Positions 26,190-41,064 of a stretch of DNA of 64,000 nucleotides are shown here, one piece after another (within the stretch, counting starts at the first letter, position 1; every line of letters starts with the position of its first letter). The stretch comes from Octopus vulgaris. Lineage: Eukaryota. The position numbers and the translations under genes were made by a program. The stretch is from positions 70,990,001 through 71,054,000 of the forward strand of contig OX597823.1 of assembly GCA_951406725.2 (NCBI GenBank), read 5' to 3'. The notes beneath the pieces were generated by a model, which worked only from the letters and a program-made list of their open reading frames with translations, was not told the origin of the DNA and did not search any database.

Positions 26190-26430
26190 TCAGGAATTCA
26201 GTCACTTTGCTGCTTTTGCTGTATGTTAGTTTCAAACCTTTGGCAGAAACTAGCAACTTCGGTGGGGTTGGAGCAAGTCGAATACCAGTACTCAACTGGT
26301 ACTTATCATCTCTGAAAAATGAACGGTAAAGTCGATCTCGGCGAAATCTGAACTCAGAACGTAAGGAGGGTCGAAATGCAACTAAGCATTTTGCCCGGCG
26401 TGCTAACGATTCTGCCAGCTCGCTGCCTTC
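26190..26430 (-). mobile_element. SINE family B (diverged)
   Basis: gattctgccagctcgctgcctt head and gaactcagaacgtaag on the reverse strand. Confidence 0.7.
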
Positions 26431-26830
26431 TGCTAAATGTGCTTATATATCTACACATACACACACACATACATACATACACACACTCACACACACAAAC
26501 CCACACTCACGGAGAGTCGTGTATTGAATTCTATTTTTCCTGTTTGCATCACCAAACCTGTAACTATATGTGACCGCACTTAGGAATTATTTTTCTTTGT
26601 TCCATTCACGTGGATCATGTGTATCATTTAATGAATGAGTAGTCAAAACATTTGTTTGGTAGTTTCATTCATGAGAAAGAAGTAGATTAATTTCTTGATA
26701 CATATTCATCTAATTCTGAAGAAATGTATGACTGAAATATTCTTGTCCTCTTTAACCTTCTTACGGTTGATCATACTGAAACCCAGTATACACAAATACA
26801 CACATATATGTATATATGTACATGCACAAC

Positions 26831-26914
<84 letters not shown>

Positions 26915-27050
26915 GTCTGTCTGTCTATATGTCTGTCTGTCTCTCTCTGTCTCTCTCTCTCTCACTATATATCTGTATATATGCATTCACCTAACACAGC
27001 TATATATAATATACAAATATATATGTGCATATGTGTATGTATGTATATAC

Positions 27051-27081
<31 letters not shown>

Positions 27082-27134
27082 TATATACATATATATAATA
27101 TACAAATATATATATGCGTGTGTGTGTATGTATG

Positions 27135-27204
<70 letters not shown>

Positions 27205-27744
27205 CTAAAACTGAACTTCAATCTTGCTTGCTTGCTTTGAATGTTACACAGCCAAACCGGCGCATAATGGGAAAATACTTTGAAAGTAAAATTCCCTTGA
27301 AATGTAAAAGCCAACAGATTAAAACAAGTTTCGAATAAATCGGACAACGGGTTCCCGAGATACACGTTGTTTCTGGGAGAAAGTTCCCACAAAATTCCGA
27401 GCAGACAACTGAACAGGGGTCCCTTTTAATTCTCTATTCTCTTTATTCTCTATTCTCTATTGCCCTTTTAATTCTGTATTCGTAAAACTACCACAGGTGC
27501 CGGTAACAATATAATTACGTCTTCGTGACGTATACCAACAGTTCCTGATTTCAAGATAAGATTTTCATATCTTACAACATTATTTCTTTTGCTTTTTGGG
27601 TTTTTTTTCTTTCAAAAGGCCTTTCTTTCTACAGGCGTTCTTATTTTGACTCATTACATACATTTCGTCAGTTAAGCTTACTAAAAAAAATATGGTTTTC
27701 ATTTCTTCAAAACATATTGTTGTTTTTTTTTTTCAGAAACACTG

Positions 27745-28210
<466 letters not shown>

Positions 28211-28531
28211 TTCTCCCGAATCTATCGGCCTATGGAAGATTGGCTTGATTTAATTTAATCAGGTTAGTTTACCATTAAACAATAGATGAAACGGTGCATC
28301 GTATAAGAAATTACAGGGTAAATGTTTTTTTAATTTTCTCCTGGTTTGCGGAATTGATGTTATTTTGCGGTTGAAGCTTTGGCTGTTATTTCTAGTGGGT
28401 GAATGGCCTATTATGGCCATTCCTTGATTGTGATGTTGAACTTATAAATGGTCTATGACTATTTAATTTTTTTCCCACTAGGCCGCTGGTGGCAAATAAA
28501 TTCTACGAAATTTTTTGCCACCCTATATTGA

Positions 28532-28569
<38 letters not shown>

Positions 28570-28659
28570 TAGAGGGAAACCACTATGTGGACGCCCTTAT
28601 GCTAGAAATAGATCCGCTATGGTCTTACAACTAAGAAATGTTCCCAAGAAAAATTTAGC

Positions 28660-29297
28660 TGGAGGACACTTGTCCTAAGCCACTTTGACTATTGCTCTCA
28701 GCTATGGTCACCATCCAGTGTCAAGTTAATCACAGAACTTGAGGCGATCCAACGAAGCTACACGAAGAAGATAGCCTCTGTGCAGCATATAAGCTACTGG
28801 GAAAGACTCAAGAGATTAAGACTCTATTCCTTAGAGCGTATGCGAGAAAGATATGCCATAATATACATCTGGAAGATCCTGGAAGGACTTGTCCCAAACT
28901 TTGGCATCAAGAGTTACACAAATGCCAGAACTGGGCGCCACTGCATGGTGCCAAGGACTTCAAATTTGCCATCAAGATGTAGGACAAGATACTGTGATAG
29001 CCTGGGCTTCAGAGGCTCACAGCTCTTCAATATCCTCCCGAAGAACCTAAGAGACCTGCATGGGGTGGATGCAGATGTCTTTAAAATAAAACTGGATCTC
29101 TTCCTGTCAGGTGTCCCAGATGAACCAACTTCACGGCAGGAGGTGCAGATAAGGGCAGCTGCATCGAACTCTCTCATGCACCAAATGGCTATTGCTAAAA
29201 AGCATCGTGAAGTAAAATCATGTAGCAGCACCAAATGGCGGTGCCCCAGCATGGTCACAGCTTGTGAGCTGAAACTAGATAAAATAAAAAAAAAAAA
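28660..29297 (+). mobile_element. 3' fragment of the CR1/L2-group LINE with A-rich tail
   Basis: Translates to WRTLVLSHFDYCSQLWSP...YWERLKRLRLYSLER...FKIKLDLFL; same 3' stem-loop as 16950-16993. Confidence 0.9.
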
Positions 29298-29307
29298 TAT
29301 ATATATA

Positions 29308-29719
29308 TCTTTACTCTCTTTTACTTGTTTCAGTCATTTGACTGCGTCCATGCTGGAGCACCGCCTTTAGCCGAGCAAATCGACCCCGGGACTTATTCTT
29401 TGTAAGCCCAGTACTTATTCTATCGGTCTCTTTTGCCGAACTGCTAAGTGACGAGGACGTAAACACACCAGCATCGGTTGTCAAGCAATGCTAGGGTGAC
29501 AAACACAGACACACAAACACATACACACACTACTCACATATATATATATATATATACGACAGGCTTCTTTCAGTTTCCGTCTACCAAATCCACTCACAAG
29601 GCATTGGTCGGCCCGGGGCTATAGCAGAAGACACTTGCCCAAGATGCCACGCAGTGGGACTGAACCCGGAACCATGTGGTTGGTTAGCAAGCTACTTACC
29701 ACACAGCCACTCCTGCGCC
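29308..29719 (-). mobile_element. SINE family A (tail-to-tail with the LINE fragment)
   Basis: Full-length reverse copy. Confidence 0.88.
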
Positions 29720-29803
29720 TATATACATATTTCCCTTTCTTCCTATCACTTTCTCTTTTGTTATATTATATATACATGCATGCATGCATACATACATATA
29801 TAC

Positions 29804-29863
<60 letters not shown>

Positions 29864-30579
29864 GTATATATGTATGTATGCATGCATGCATGTATATATA
29901 ATATAACAAAAGAGAAAGTGATAGGAAGAAAGGGAAATGCTTATTGATACCCAGGCAGAAACAAATACATTGATAGACAAATAACACAAATCATTTTCGC
30001 CACTAATATCTTTTGCATTCTAAATCAACAACTCTTCTTAAAAATAATATATTAGTATCGTTTTCAAATTATGTCACAAGGCTAGCAATTTTGGGAGAAG
30101 AGGTAAGTCGATTACACCAACCCAGTACTCGGCTGGTACCTTTTTTATCGACCCGGAAGGGTTGAAAGTCAAAATCGACCTCGGCGAAATAAATAATATA
30201 ATAATATTCACATAATATCCACACACATGCGTATGTGTGAATGTGTGTGAATGAATATATTTGTATGCATTTACGCATGTGTGCATGCCGGTGGGATCGG
30301 TGAAAATAAGAATATATACGTATACCGTAATCAAATATGACTTGGATACGTAAAGAGCATATTAGTCCAGGAGTATTCATAACTTACAATTATTGTTGTC
30401 ACATTATAGTCACATCATATAATTATAATCAACAGGAAATAAACAGAGCATATTTTCTTAATATTGCTGCAACAGAGACTCTCCCCATTCATTTCATTAT
30501 ACATTGGTAATACATCGTATTAATTTCTAATTCGGCATGGAGCTCACTCCACTAATTAACTAATTATTTTACACGAATG

Positions 30580-30649
<70 letters not shown>

Positions 30650-31469
30650 TGTATGTATGTATGTATGTGTGTGTAGGTGTGTATTCGTAGTAAATGTCAT
30701 AAAAGTATATGTGTGTCTAATAACTATATACAAATATATACACATATATTATATAAATACACATATATGCATAATACATACAAACATACATACATGCATG
30801 CATATATATATATATATATATATATATACGCACACACATATATGTATGTATGTATATATATGTTCGTGTGATACAAGATTTGTTTTATACTTTTAATTCG
30901 ATATACATTCATAGACTATGTATGTCTATTTACTACACACGCACACACACACACGCGCACACACACACACACACACACACAGATGATATATTTTCATTTC
31001 CCTGTTGAATGGTTTCCATTTAAAACCCCATATAGATAACAATGCCAGTCACCAAAATCTAATCCTTAACAAAATGAATGTTAATTAAGAAAACCCCACC
31101 GGAGCTGAACCTATATCAACTCACAGACGAAAGACAAATACACAGTTGAGGTTTATAATAGATGAGCAATGATAGAAAGCCTGACAAATTAACTAGTTAA
31201 CTAGTAGGGGCATCAAACATAGCAGAGAGAATAGAATACCATCGTTGGAGAAGTTATCATGTAAGAAATGAGTGGACGATCAAGTTAGATCTGTTTTGAG
31301 AAAGAGAATAAGCAAAGCCAATAACAAAATGTAGCAAGAGTACCAAGACTTGAATACTAAGACATCATTCCCCACATTCAAATACCATGTACCAAGTGAA
31401 AAATGGAAGAAGACCTGCTTATCCATAGAATTAGTAATATCAAGAAAAAGAAACCTAATAACCCTTTGT

Positions 31470-31665
31470 GCTACAGGCTCAATGCATGAAATTTTGAGGG
31501 AGAGTGAAAGTTAATTGCTTCGACTCCCAGTTCTCGACTGGTACTTATTTCATCGACCTTGAAAGGATGAAAGACAAAGTCGACCTCGGTGGAATTTGAA
31601 GTCTGAATGACAAGAGAGACTAAATACTGCTATTTTGTCCGATGTGCTAGCGATTTTGCCGGCAA
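31470..31665 (-). mobile_element. SINE family B (diverged)
   Basis: ctggtacttatttcatcgaccttgaaaggatgaaagacaaagtcgacctcgg central domain. Confidence 0.7.
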
Positions 31666-32752
31666 CCGACTGAAAGAGGACTGACAATGGGAAGAAAAAA
31701 ATGGTTCTTGAAAGATGGTCCTAATATATCAGAGAACTATAAGATAGCGCAATTGTCGTGGCCTAGAAAATGCTTAAATAATATGAACAACCACAAACCA
31801 TAAAGAAATCTGACATCTACTGAAAAAAAACGAAATACTGGAAAGCGTTTGAACCTGATAATAATGTTATGGAGATGACTATGGTACTAGAAGTTCTCAA
31901 AATTTAAACACTAAAGTATCCTCATAAGAGGTGTGTACACCTTCATGAAACATATTGACAACAGTTATGGTACTTTTAATTGAAATTTATACAAAAATAT
32001 GCTCCTTCCCTATTTTTATCATAACCTAAAAAATGGGTTATGAGAAATACAACTAGACATGTCCCAGCGAAGTAAATAACCAGTAAAATGGCAACAATCA
32101 AATAACACATTATCTTGTTATAATAAAACGATTCCACAACTGGTTCAAAAATGAAGTATAGTCAATTACAAGATCTGCAGTTTATAACGGGCGCTTATTT
32201 TATCGATCTAGAAGGAAATATAGATCCCAGCAGAATTTAGGATCATATCCTTGAGAGACAAGACTAAAGATTATTATAAGGTAATTAACTTACTACTCCA
32301 ATATTTCTCTGAATCCAACAGCGCTACATTGAAAACTAATGACGAAGCTAATTACTTGAAAATAATGTTATCGTAGTAACTGAATATACTTTAAGAATTG
32401 ATAAAGACAGCATTTTCTCTCTTTAACTTCAGGCATTTTATATCTGTAAAATATATCTTAAGAGTAGTTAAATTAAATTTTCCTCTAGCTAAATTCGTAA
32501 CTCGGTTTGCTTTAATGTTTTAAACTAACATCTCTCAAATACTATTGAGATTATTCTGAACATTAGAAAAGATTCTACTTTATTTAATATTCATTGGACG
32601 ATTAAATATGTCTTTACCTAAGTGGCATAATTCAAATATAAGCTCAAACTAAATGCAGAGGAGTCGTTTTCAATTTACTGTTACACAATGTTCACATTGT
32701 AATTTACACTATTGGGAGAGTAAAAAAAACTTGATAGCATCTTCTTTTCTAA

Positions 32753-33834
32753 TCTATAATATAAATCCTTTTCTCTGTTTGTGTGTGTGTGTGTGTGTAA
32801 AAGAGTATAACGGCTGTATTTTTTCTTATTTACCTTCTGCCCATCGTATTAAGAAATTTAATTTCTTTTACCCAGTTATTTTCATTGTTTACTATCGTCT
32901 GCATCCATGTATTTCTGCATACGTATATAATCATACCTAGAAGGAAAGGGTCAAATTTGTCTATAATATCAAGGCCAGCCATTTCTGTTCAGGGAAAGAG
33001 AGACAGCTGCAGAAAGGGAAGCATACCAAGAAACGAACAGACTGTGCACTGCAAACGCTGGAGCATCTCAAAGTGATGAACAGAGATATTCACGGCTGAT
33101 AAAGAATAAGATCTTCACTGCAGAACGAAGAGCAGTTGCAACAGCTCACACAATCAACTTCTATAAAAGAGCTTTCAATTATGCTTCAACAATTCATTAT
33201 GCAAATGGCATTAGAGTTTCTATTGGTGAAATGGCAACTGAGTGCATATATTGTAAAGCAAGGAAATGGCCTGGAGAGACACCTGCACTGTACTGCAGTG
33301 GAGGAACGGTTAAACTCCCTGCAAGCCTCCAACCTCTAGAACCATTGAATAAACAGTTGTCATCATCTGACCAAGATTCCAAGTACTTCCAAAACAAAAT
33401 TAGGCAATACAACGCTGAACTACAGATGACATCATTTGGAGTCACAAGAGATTTAACTGAACCAGGATTCATGCAAACTTTCCAGATCCAAGGTCAGATT
33501 TATTATCCGATTGGCTCTCTACTACCTCTGTAAAATGAATCACCAAAATCGGTCTTTCATTGTTTATAATCTCTACCTGTTTTTTGGTTACGAAATAAGT
33601 TACGCAAAATGTGTTTTTGAATTACGTGTATTTAATTTATATACATATATGAGTTGAAAACTTTCTTTTAATATTTCACTTAAAATCTATGTTCCATATT
33701 GGCATGGGTTGGAAAATTATTAATGTAGAAAGTTGGTATCTCAGCTACTAGCAGTTCAGACCTGTGTAATCTAGACGGCGTTTTTAAATTTCATTATTAT
33801 CTTTAACTCGGGCAACGCCGGGTATATCTGCTAG
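32753..33834 (+). mobile_element. Internally deleted Helitron with both termini
   Basis: The 5' end is A|TCTATAATATAAAT. The 3' end has an actcgg-gcaacg-ccgggt hairpin followed by CTAG|T at 33831-33835. Internal ORF 33231-33533 (CIYCKARKWPGE...CSGGTVKLP...IRQYN...MTSFG...GFMQTFQIQGQIYYPIGSLLP) matches the N-terminal region of Helitron Rep/helicase. Confidence 0.88.
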
Positions 33835-35659
33835 TACTATATAAATATGGAAATTCTTACTCTATAATAATTTCTTATGCAAATTTGTTTGAGATAATCA
33901 AATTTGATAATCGATTGATTCGATCCAGTGCGTTGCTGATTTTTTGTTTATTGCCTGTGAAGGAGTCAAAGGTAAACTCGAACAGGACGGAGTTTGAATA
34001 CTAAACCTAGATTTAAAAATAATGCAACGCGCTTTGGTCGACCTTCTGCTCACCCTGCCGTCCACTACTTTGATAACATTAATTCTATTTAGCAGTATAT
34101 AAGAAATATCTAACTCTGATTTAATATTCATCAATATCGTTATACTTATGAAATATGATGCTGATGTTCTTCGAATAGGGAAAATACATTTTTACATAAG
34201 CGGAAACTTTAGAGTATCCAAGTTAATTGAGTTTAGATATTCATATATTACTGATACTAGTGTTAACAAATATTATACCCCAACAGGATGACTGTGAGGC
34301 AAGAGAACGACTACAGAAAATCATACACTTCTTTGTCTTTCAGACAGAAATAAAGGAAACAATTTCATTTTCTCACTTACATATTAGATATATGTTTATT
34401 AGATAAGTAAATTTCAATAGCGAACAACTTCATTATGCTGGATTCTGAGTCGTGGTATATTTTTCTCAAGCACACACAACATGTTAATGATCAATGTTGA
34501 AATAACTGCATTTCAGCAAACTGTTAATGACTTTAGGGGTAACATGAATATTATTTCTTAGTGCCTATAAAAAGCATTGGATATCATTTCACTATTTTCT
34601 GTTAACAGTAGAACTGTGGGTGTGTCACGTAGAGTAAACAAACAACTAAAAGCAAGCTGTGAGTGCCAACCTGCTTAGATTTCCGATTTAATTATATCTT
34701 TTCATTTGTGTGACTAATACATTTGAGAAAAGTATGAAAGCCACAAAAGTTCAACTGTTGCTACGAATCCGAGGACTTGTTGTTATACGTGCATGAAATC
34801 AGTAAGCATTCTGGGATATGTGACACAATTCTTTTGTGTTTCTGTTATTATTTGAATAACAAATACGAAGTAGTCAATCGATAGAGCGTTCTACATGTGA
34901 CGGTAATGTTGAGAAATGGTCAGGAACATTGAAAGTAAAACTAAAATAATATGGCAACATATACATTTGCTGAAAATCGTTTGATAAAAAAAAAAGTCTA
35001 TAAATTTATACAAAACAAAAAGCATGTTGAGATGGTTGATATCGTTCTGCTATAATGTTTTCAAAGTTCTGTGGACCAATAGGTTTGTTCTACGTGGTCT
35101 AACAATAGTTACAGTAAGGCTGAGGCTATCGGAAAAATAAATTTTTATTAACTGAAATGAAAAAAGAAGAAAAACAGAGAAGCAGAATAAGTTGGCATCC
35201 AGGTTTAACATGTATAAGGTAAATAAATAAATCAAAATGTGTGCATAATACAAATTTCACATTGGGGGTGGTGGAGGACAATGTTTTTCATCGTTAGCTG
35301 GATGCGTGTGTGCTTTCGTGGACTTGTGTTTGTCTAAAGAAAAACAAAATGTAATTGATGTTTTTACAGGTTAAAATTGTTCTGAACTTTGATTGGAAAT
35401 CCGTGAGAATACAAATTTTTTTAGTTATCAGTTCCTATAAATACATAAGAATGTAAAATTTAGTGTATACCTACTGAAAATGAAGCAGTCATAAATGCGC
35501 ACATATTTATACGTAATGATATGTCAGTGTTATTCATTTGATCTTTCGGTTCTGTCAAAAACAGCGGTTATACTACGGATATAGCTATTTAATAAATTAA
35601 TCAAATGGCGCAGTATGGTCTCTATGAGTTGTGTTTGAATCACCAGGTGGCTAATAATG

Positions 35660-36226
35660 TTTTCAAATTTTGACAAAATCCCAGCAATTGTGTGGGTCGA
35701 GCTAAGTCAGTTATATCGACCCCGGAACTTCTATCGACCCGGAGGGGATGAAAGGTAAAATCGACTCCGACGGAATTTGAACTCAGAACGTGAAGATGAA
35801 CAAAATACCTATTTCTTTACTACCCACAAGGGGCTACACACAGAGACGATAAAGAAGGACAGGCAAACGGATTAAGTCGATCATATCGACCCCAGTGCGT
35901 AACTGGTACTTATTTAATCGACCCCGAAAGGATAAAAGGCAAAGTAGACCATGGCGGAATTTGAACTCAGAACGTAACGGTAGACGAAATACCTATTTGT
36001 TTACTACTCACAAGGGGCTAAACACAGAGAGGACAAACAAGGACATACAAACGGATGAAGTCGAGTATATCGACCCCAGTGCGTAACTGGTACTTAATTT
36101 ATCGACCCCGAAAGGATGAAAGACAAAGTCGACCTCGGCGGAATTTGAACTCAGAACGTAACGGCAGACGAAATACTACTAAGCATTTTGCACGGCATAT
36201 TAAACATTTTACCAGTTCATTGCCTT
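35660..36226 (-). mobile_element. SINE family B, three-unit form
   Basis: Unit junctions near 35809, 35993 and 36177 (184-bp period). Confidence 0.85.
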
Positions 36227-37989
36227 AACAACAATAAATTTTACTAAAATAGTTTCAACATCTCTTCAGTTATCCCCCTCCCCAAACGTACACGCATTTA
36301 CAAGATAGAGAGCAAGATGGAATAATGGAGAGAGACATAGAATTAGGAAGATATACTCATATACTATAAAGATCTTTAAAATAACTGTTAAGGTATAGTT
36401 AACGAACAAATGGTTTTATTTAGCGATGAATTATGGTGGATATAATGTAATTATATCGAAATAAATGTATCATATAAGTTGATATTAAATTTTCCTGTAA
36501 GATATGTCATTTCAATATTAATATTGAGCTGATTCTTTGGTTTATATATTTCTTTAAATTTATTTCATGATTAGTTTTTATTCTTAAATTTCTTACTGTT
36601 TTTACGAAATGTTTCAGCATTGCTATTATCTTATAAATCCAATTACATTCGTTATAATTATATACAAAGGACCAATTTATCGAATCTGTTGTATTTCTTG
36701 TGCTTTTCTTAGCAACACCTACGCAAGAGATGTAAGAATTCTACTAGTTTATACTTAGAAAATATAATTTGAAAAATAAAAATGTTTCAAAACTTCTAAC
36801 TAGTTTCATTCTCTCTATGCCAACTTCTTAACATCATAATTATATACTCTAAGATATAGGTAAGAGATTGTATTTACTTTGATATGCAAAATTCTAGAGT
36901 ACTCGTGCCGTCATTAATGACGATGGGCGGGCGTTTTAATAAGCTGTATGATAATTACAATATTTTGATCTGCATGAATATTCGATTTTTCCAACTGGAA
37001 ATGAAAATGATGAAAGTTGCTAATGAGAGTATGAAGAAGTAAACAAAAATACAAAAATAACCCGTAAATAAGGAAATTACATTTAACACTCCCAAATATT
37101 ATGCTGGTTTGATTACTTTTAGTAAGTACAATACATTACAATGATCCACTCGTTATTCTACGTTAAGTTACTTTCTACAGTAAATACAGTAAATTTCACA
37201 TGCGTTGTACATGCATAAGTATTCAAAACTACCAAAATATGTGCATATTTACATATGGGCACGTGACCTTACAAACAGGCTATATGCATTCTCTGAAGCA
37301 GGTTTAGTTTAGGCAAAAGTTGTGCATTTACAACATCTTTGACACGTTCGTGCAAAAGCTACAAATGTACATAAGCAGTATCATTGACATTCTCTGAAAA
37401 ATTTCCTGAAGAATAATATTTCTTGTGCAGACATTAGAACGCACCAACACACTTTGGCCTTCGAAATGTTCAAACTGCAATTTCAGATTATTTCTGTCTT
37501 TCGTTCTGCTTAAATAATGAAATACATGCTGTGTAAGAAGTAAATAGACTAAAGATGAATACATGATACTTCTCCGTAAGTTGAATACAAAAGGTAATAG
37601 TCGAATATAGTGTACTATTGAAAGTAGGATAAGTGGAATATGTGTATATACATATAAGTACATATCGTATTAAATATATATTGAGAACACATAGCGTATC
37701 ATATATATGTATATATACATAAGTACTATTCTTTTTCTAGACATATTGGTAATTCCTGTCTTATTTTAGGACTAGCTTCCTTTCACTACTCTTTACACAC
37801 CCCGGTTTTCTTTTATATTGAAATAATCCATAAATATTTCACTATATCACTGCTAGTTCACTCTTTTACCTATCGACTTCAAGTTTCACGCTGCAAGAAG
37901 GTAGGATTTTAATATACTGAGCCTTCTGTCCTCATCTCTGGGCCACGTTCTTTCCTCATTCCTTTGTTTATTTCATTTTATATATTTGC

Positions 37990-38101
37990 ATTCACTCTGA
38001 CGAAGCTCCACGAATGTGTTATGAAGATGACGAACATTATTTTCGGAATTTCTTTCGTACGCACCGACTAACATTGGAAGCAGAAACGGCCGTAAGGAAT
38101 G
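37990..38101 (+). ncRNA. Type I hammerhead with extended stem II
   Basis: attcact CTGACGA agctcca...(~65 nt)...tggaagca GAAA cggccg TA aggaatg. Stem III is the palindrome acggccgt. The element runs into (TA)n at ~38185. Confidence 0.6.
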
Positions 38102-38182
38102 ATATGTCATGTTTTTGTATTAAAAAGAATCAACCGATGTTGGTCAATTTGTTTGTTAATCATAAGTTTTCTCAATTTTCTG

Positions 38183-38220
<38 letters not shown>

Positions 38221-38651
38221 ATGACTAAATTACAACAGGTATATAGCCCATTGTTTGTATTATAGTGCATTGTTGTACCGTTTAAAACTTTTTAATTCTT
38301 TACAAGCAATACACAATGCTTTGAGCTAACTACAATACTCTCCTATATATATGTTTGTGTGGGTATGCAAGTGTGTATGTATGTGTGTGTGCGAGCGTGT
38401 GTTTGTGTGCGTGTGCGTGTACGTATGCATAATTATTTGGACTTTGGGTGTACGGTTAGTAGAATGTCCATTAAGGTACACTCACTGTTTAGGCTACCTG
38501 CTGTCATCCACAGTTTTGATACAAGTGTGTCACTGTATCTACTTCAGGAATTCCGCAGTGATCCTTGAGTTTATAATGAATGAGGGAAACGGAAAATGGA
38601 TTATTTTCTAGTTGGTCATCAGCACACAGTCTGTGTCCGTATTGTGGTTTT

Positions 38652-38696
38652 CTCACACTGAGGACGGGTAACCACTCAGAAACCTAGGTCTGTGAG
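38652..38696 (+). ncRNA. Type I minimal hammerhead ribozyme (canonical core, GUC site)
   Basis: ctcaca CTGAGGA c-gggt-aacc-actc-a GAAA cctagg TC tgtgag. Stem I is a perfect 6 bp and stem III is the palindrome acctaggt. Predicted cleavage is after C38690. Confidence 0.8.
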
Positions 38697-38876
38697 TATA
38701 ACGTGAGGCTAGAGATGGAAACGATGACTTCCCTTCCAAATGCTTTACAGACACAGACTGTGTCGATGGTCAGTTGGAAAAGATGTTTTCCTGGGACTAA
38801 AACAACAGTAGCATCGTCCTTTATAGGACTGCTACATTCTGTTCGCATATAAACTTTACTATACACACACACACAC

Positions 38877-38907
<31 letters not shown>

Positions 38908-39157
38908 ATAAAAGGGTGAAATTAATTAATTAGGGATAATTATCAATTACACCAAGTAGATTTCGGTATGTAAAAGCCCCATTCGAGGAAAATTTAAGTA
39001 ATACTAAGTAATTAAGGGTTTAGCAACGAATTGCCTCACCAACACACCGAATTTAGAAATAGCAGTCAAAGAGATATAGCTATTCCTTCTACTAAAAGGG
39101 GTATCTCAGCAAAAACACAGCACCTAAAAGGCAAACACAGACAGGCACAGACACGTA

Positions 39158-39474
39158 GGCACGTGGCTTAGTGGTTAAGGCATTCGGCTCACGATTGTAA
39201 GGTCGTGAGTTCAATTCCCGGCGACGCGTTGTGTCCTTGAGCAAGACACTTTATTTCACGTTGCTCCAGTCTCCTCAGCTGGCAAAAATGTTTATTACCT
39301 GTATTTCAAAGGGCCGGCCTTGTCACACTCTGTGTCACGCCGAATCTCCCTGAGAACTACGTTAGGGGTATACGTGTCTGTGGATTGCTCAGTCACTTGC
39401 ACGTTAATTTCACGAGCAAGCTGTTTCGTTGATCGTATCAGCTGGGACCCTCGTCGTCGTAACCGACGGAGTGC
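39158..39474 (+). mobile_element. tRNA-derived CORE-like SINE family C
   Basis: A box tggcttagtgg, B box gagttcaattcc, followed by the CORE-like gtgtccttgagcaagacactt segment. Confidence 0.8.
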
Positions 39475-40518
39475 ATATATGTGTGTGTTTGTGTGTGTGT
39501 ACGTATGTGTATGCATACAGGCAAAAGATTGAAGACACAGGCTCATAATCAAAAATTAAAAATAAAGTGTGCATAACAATAAAATAAATATATCTTTATA
39601 TGAGACAATGTATGAAAACGAAATAGTTTGCAAATGCAGAGTAGCGAGACCCTGGCTTAGACACGAACCACTGTTCTCAGATTTTTCCAGTCTAGTACTA
39701 CTAATATATTCCTATAAAAGAGACATATTCGCCCAACTAGATATTTGGAGTAGCAAAATCAATGTCAGGGACGCAAAATCGGTTGCTGCCTTCAGGCATC
39801 CTATGGTTGATTACTTGAAATCGAATCTTAGATGCAAAGGAAGACGTACGAAATCGCAATTATGTAGTTCATGAGAAAAAAACAATATTTTTTCAGGGAA
39901 AATATTTACTGACTCCCGAGTAAGCTGGCATGCAACAAAAGGTGTATCCCCTTAGCCGTTGCTGACTGTGTGAAATTTCTAGCAAAGTTTTGTTTCCCTA
40001 GTGTCAGCGTGAATTAAGAAAAATTTAATACTGGCAGAATTCATAATTAAGCGACAATAAATTAATGACGATAGTAATGAAGCTATGGCTATACATTTAT
40101 AAGAAATAATTATATAGAATGTTCAAATGAAATTATTACACTAATTAATTTTTGCCTACTTCCTTTTCTCTTTAATAAAATCAATTCCAACTTCGAACAC
40201 AGAACGTATCATTGACTTGTTTCACTCCTGAAGTTAACAATGATACCGGACAATATGTCCTCTTCCAAGTCATAGATATCCGCTGATTATGTCTCGAAAT
40301 ATTTCGATCGACCTATAGACAGAGCAATAATTACACAAATATTTCCAGGCATTTGCTAAGAAATGGTTATTTATTTTCAAGAAAGATCATGTTCTACTGT
40401 TTTTGTAACATTCAATTTTAACACTTTCTGCGTGTTGGTAAAATTTTACAGTAAATATTATTATTAATAAAGATATAAAGGATTATTTCTGAAAAAGCAT
40501 ATGTGCAGTTCAGCATCT

Positions 40519-40558
<40 letters not shown>

Positions 40559-40575
40559 ACACATACACACACACA

Positions 40576-40745
40576 AGCTGCCAGACGAGGTGGTGAAGAT
40601 GCCGACGACCGCTTTGTTCAAAGCCTCCCTTGACCTCAAGTGGCCTGAACTCTTTACATGAACACCACCCTGTACTTAACTCCATGTCCCCCTACATGGC
40701 CTTGCTATTTGCTTTTGAGCCAAATTAACTAACTAACTAACTAAC
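40576..40745 (+). mobile_element. Extreme 3' end of another CR1-like LINE
   Basis: Translates to LPDEVVKMPTTALFKASLDLKWPELFT*, a CR1-type ORF2 C-terminus, followed by a short UTR and a (CTAA)n tail. Confidence 0.7.
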
Positions 40746-40870
40746 ACACATTATAGTCATGTTTTTCTGATTTAAAGTAATGAATAAATAAACGTGGTAT
40801 ATAATATCTTCAAAATTATTTTCTTAATTTCTTATTTCACATTTATATTTTTTATTGGTTTGGTTTAGAG

Positions 40871-41064
40871 CAGCGCTTCTTAAAATGTTTTCATTCATGA
40901 CCCCATTTTTCATCACGAGATATTTCCCGACTCCAGGTATTAAATATGCGATTGTGAAATAACATAAAAAATGAAATTCAAGTATTTAAATCTAATTTTC
41001 GCGACCCCAGCTTTTCACTTTGCCACCCCAAATGGGGCCGCAACTCATAGATTAAGAAGCACTG
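40871..41064. mobile_element. hAT (Charlie-like) MITE
   Basis: TIRs cagcgcttcttaa / ttaagaagcactg, with an 8-bp TSD gtttagag / gtctagag. Confidence 0.8.

Noticed and set aside
31000-32200. Purine-rich stretch suggestive of an old retroelement
   Set aside because: No recognisable protein motif or terminus.
39158-39230. tRNA-like sequence
   Set aside because: It has A/B boxes but continues into a CORE-like SINE body and does not form a complete cloverleaf.
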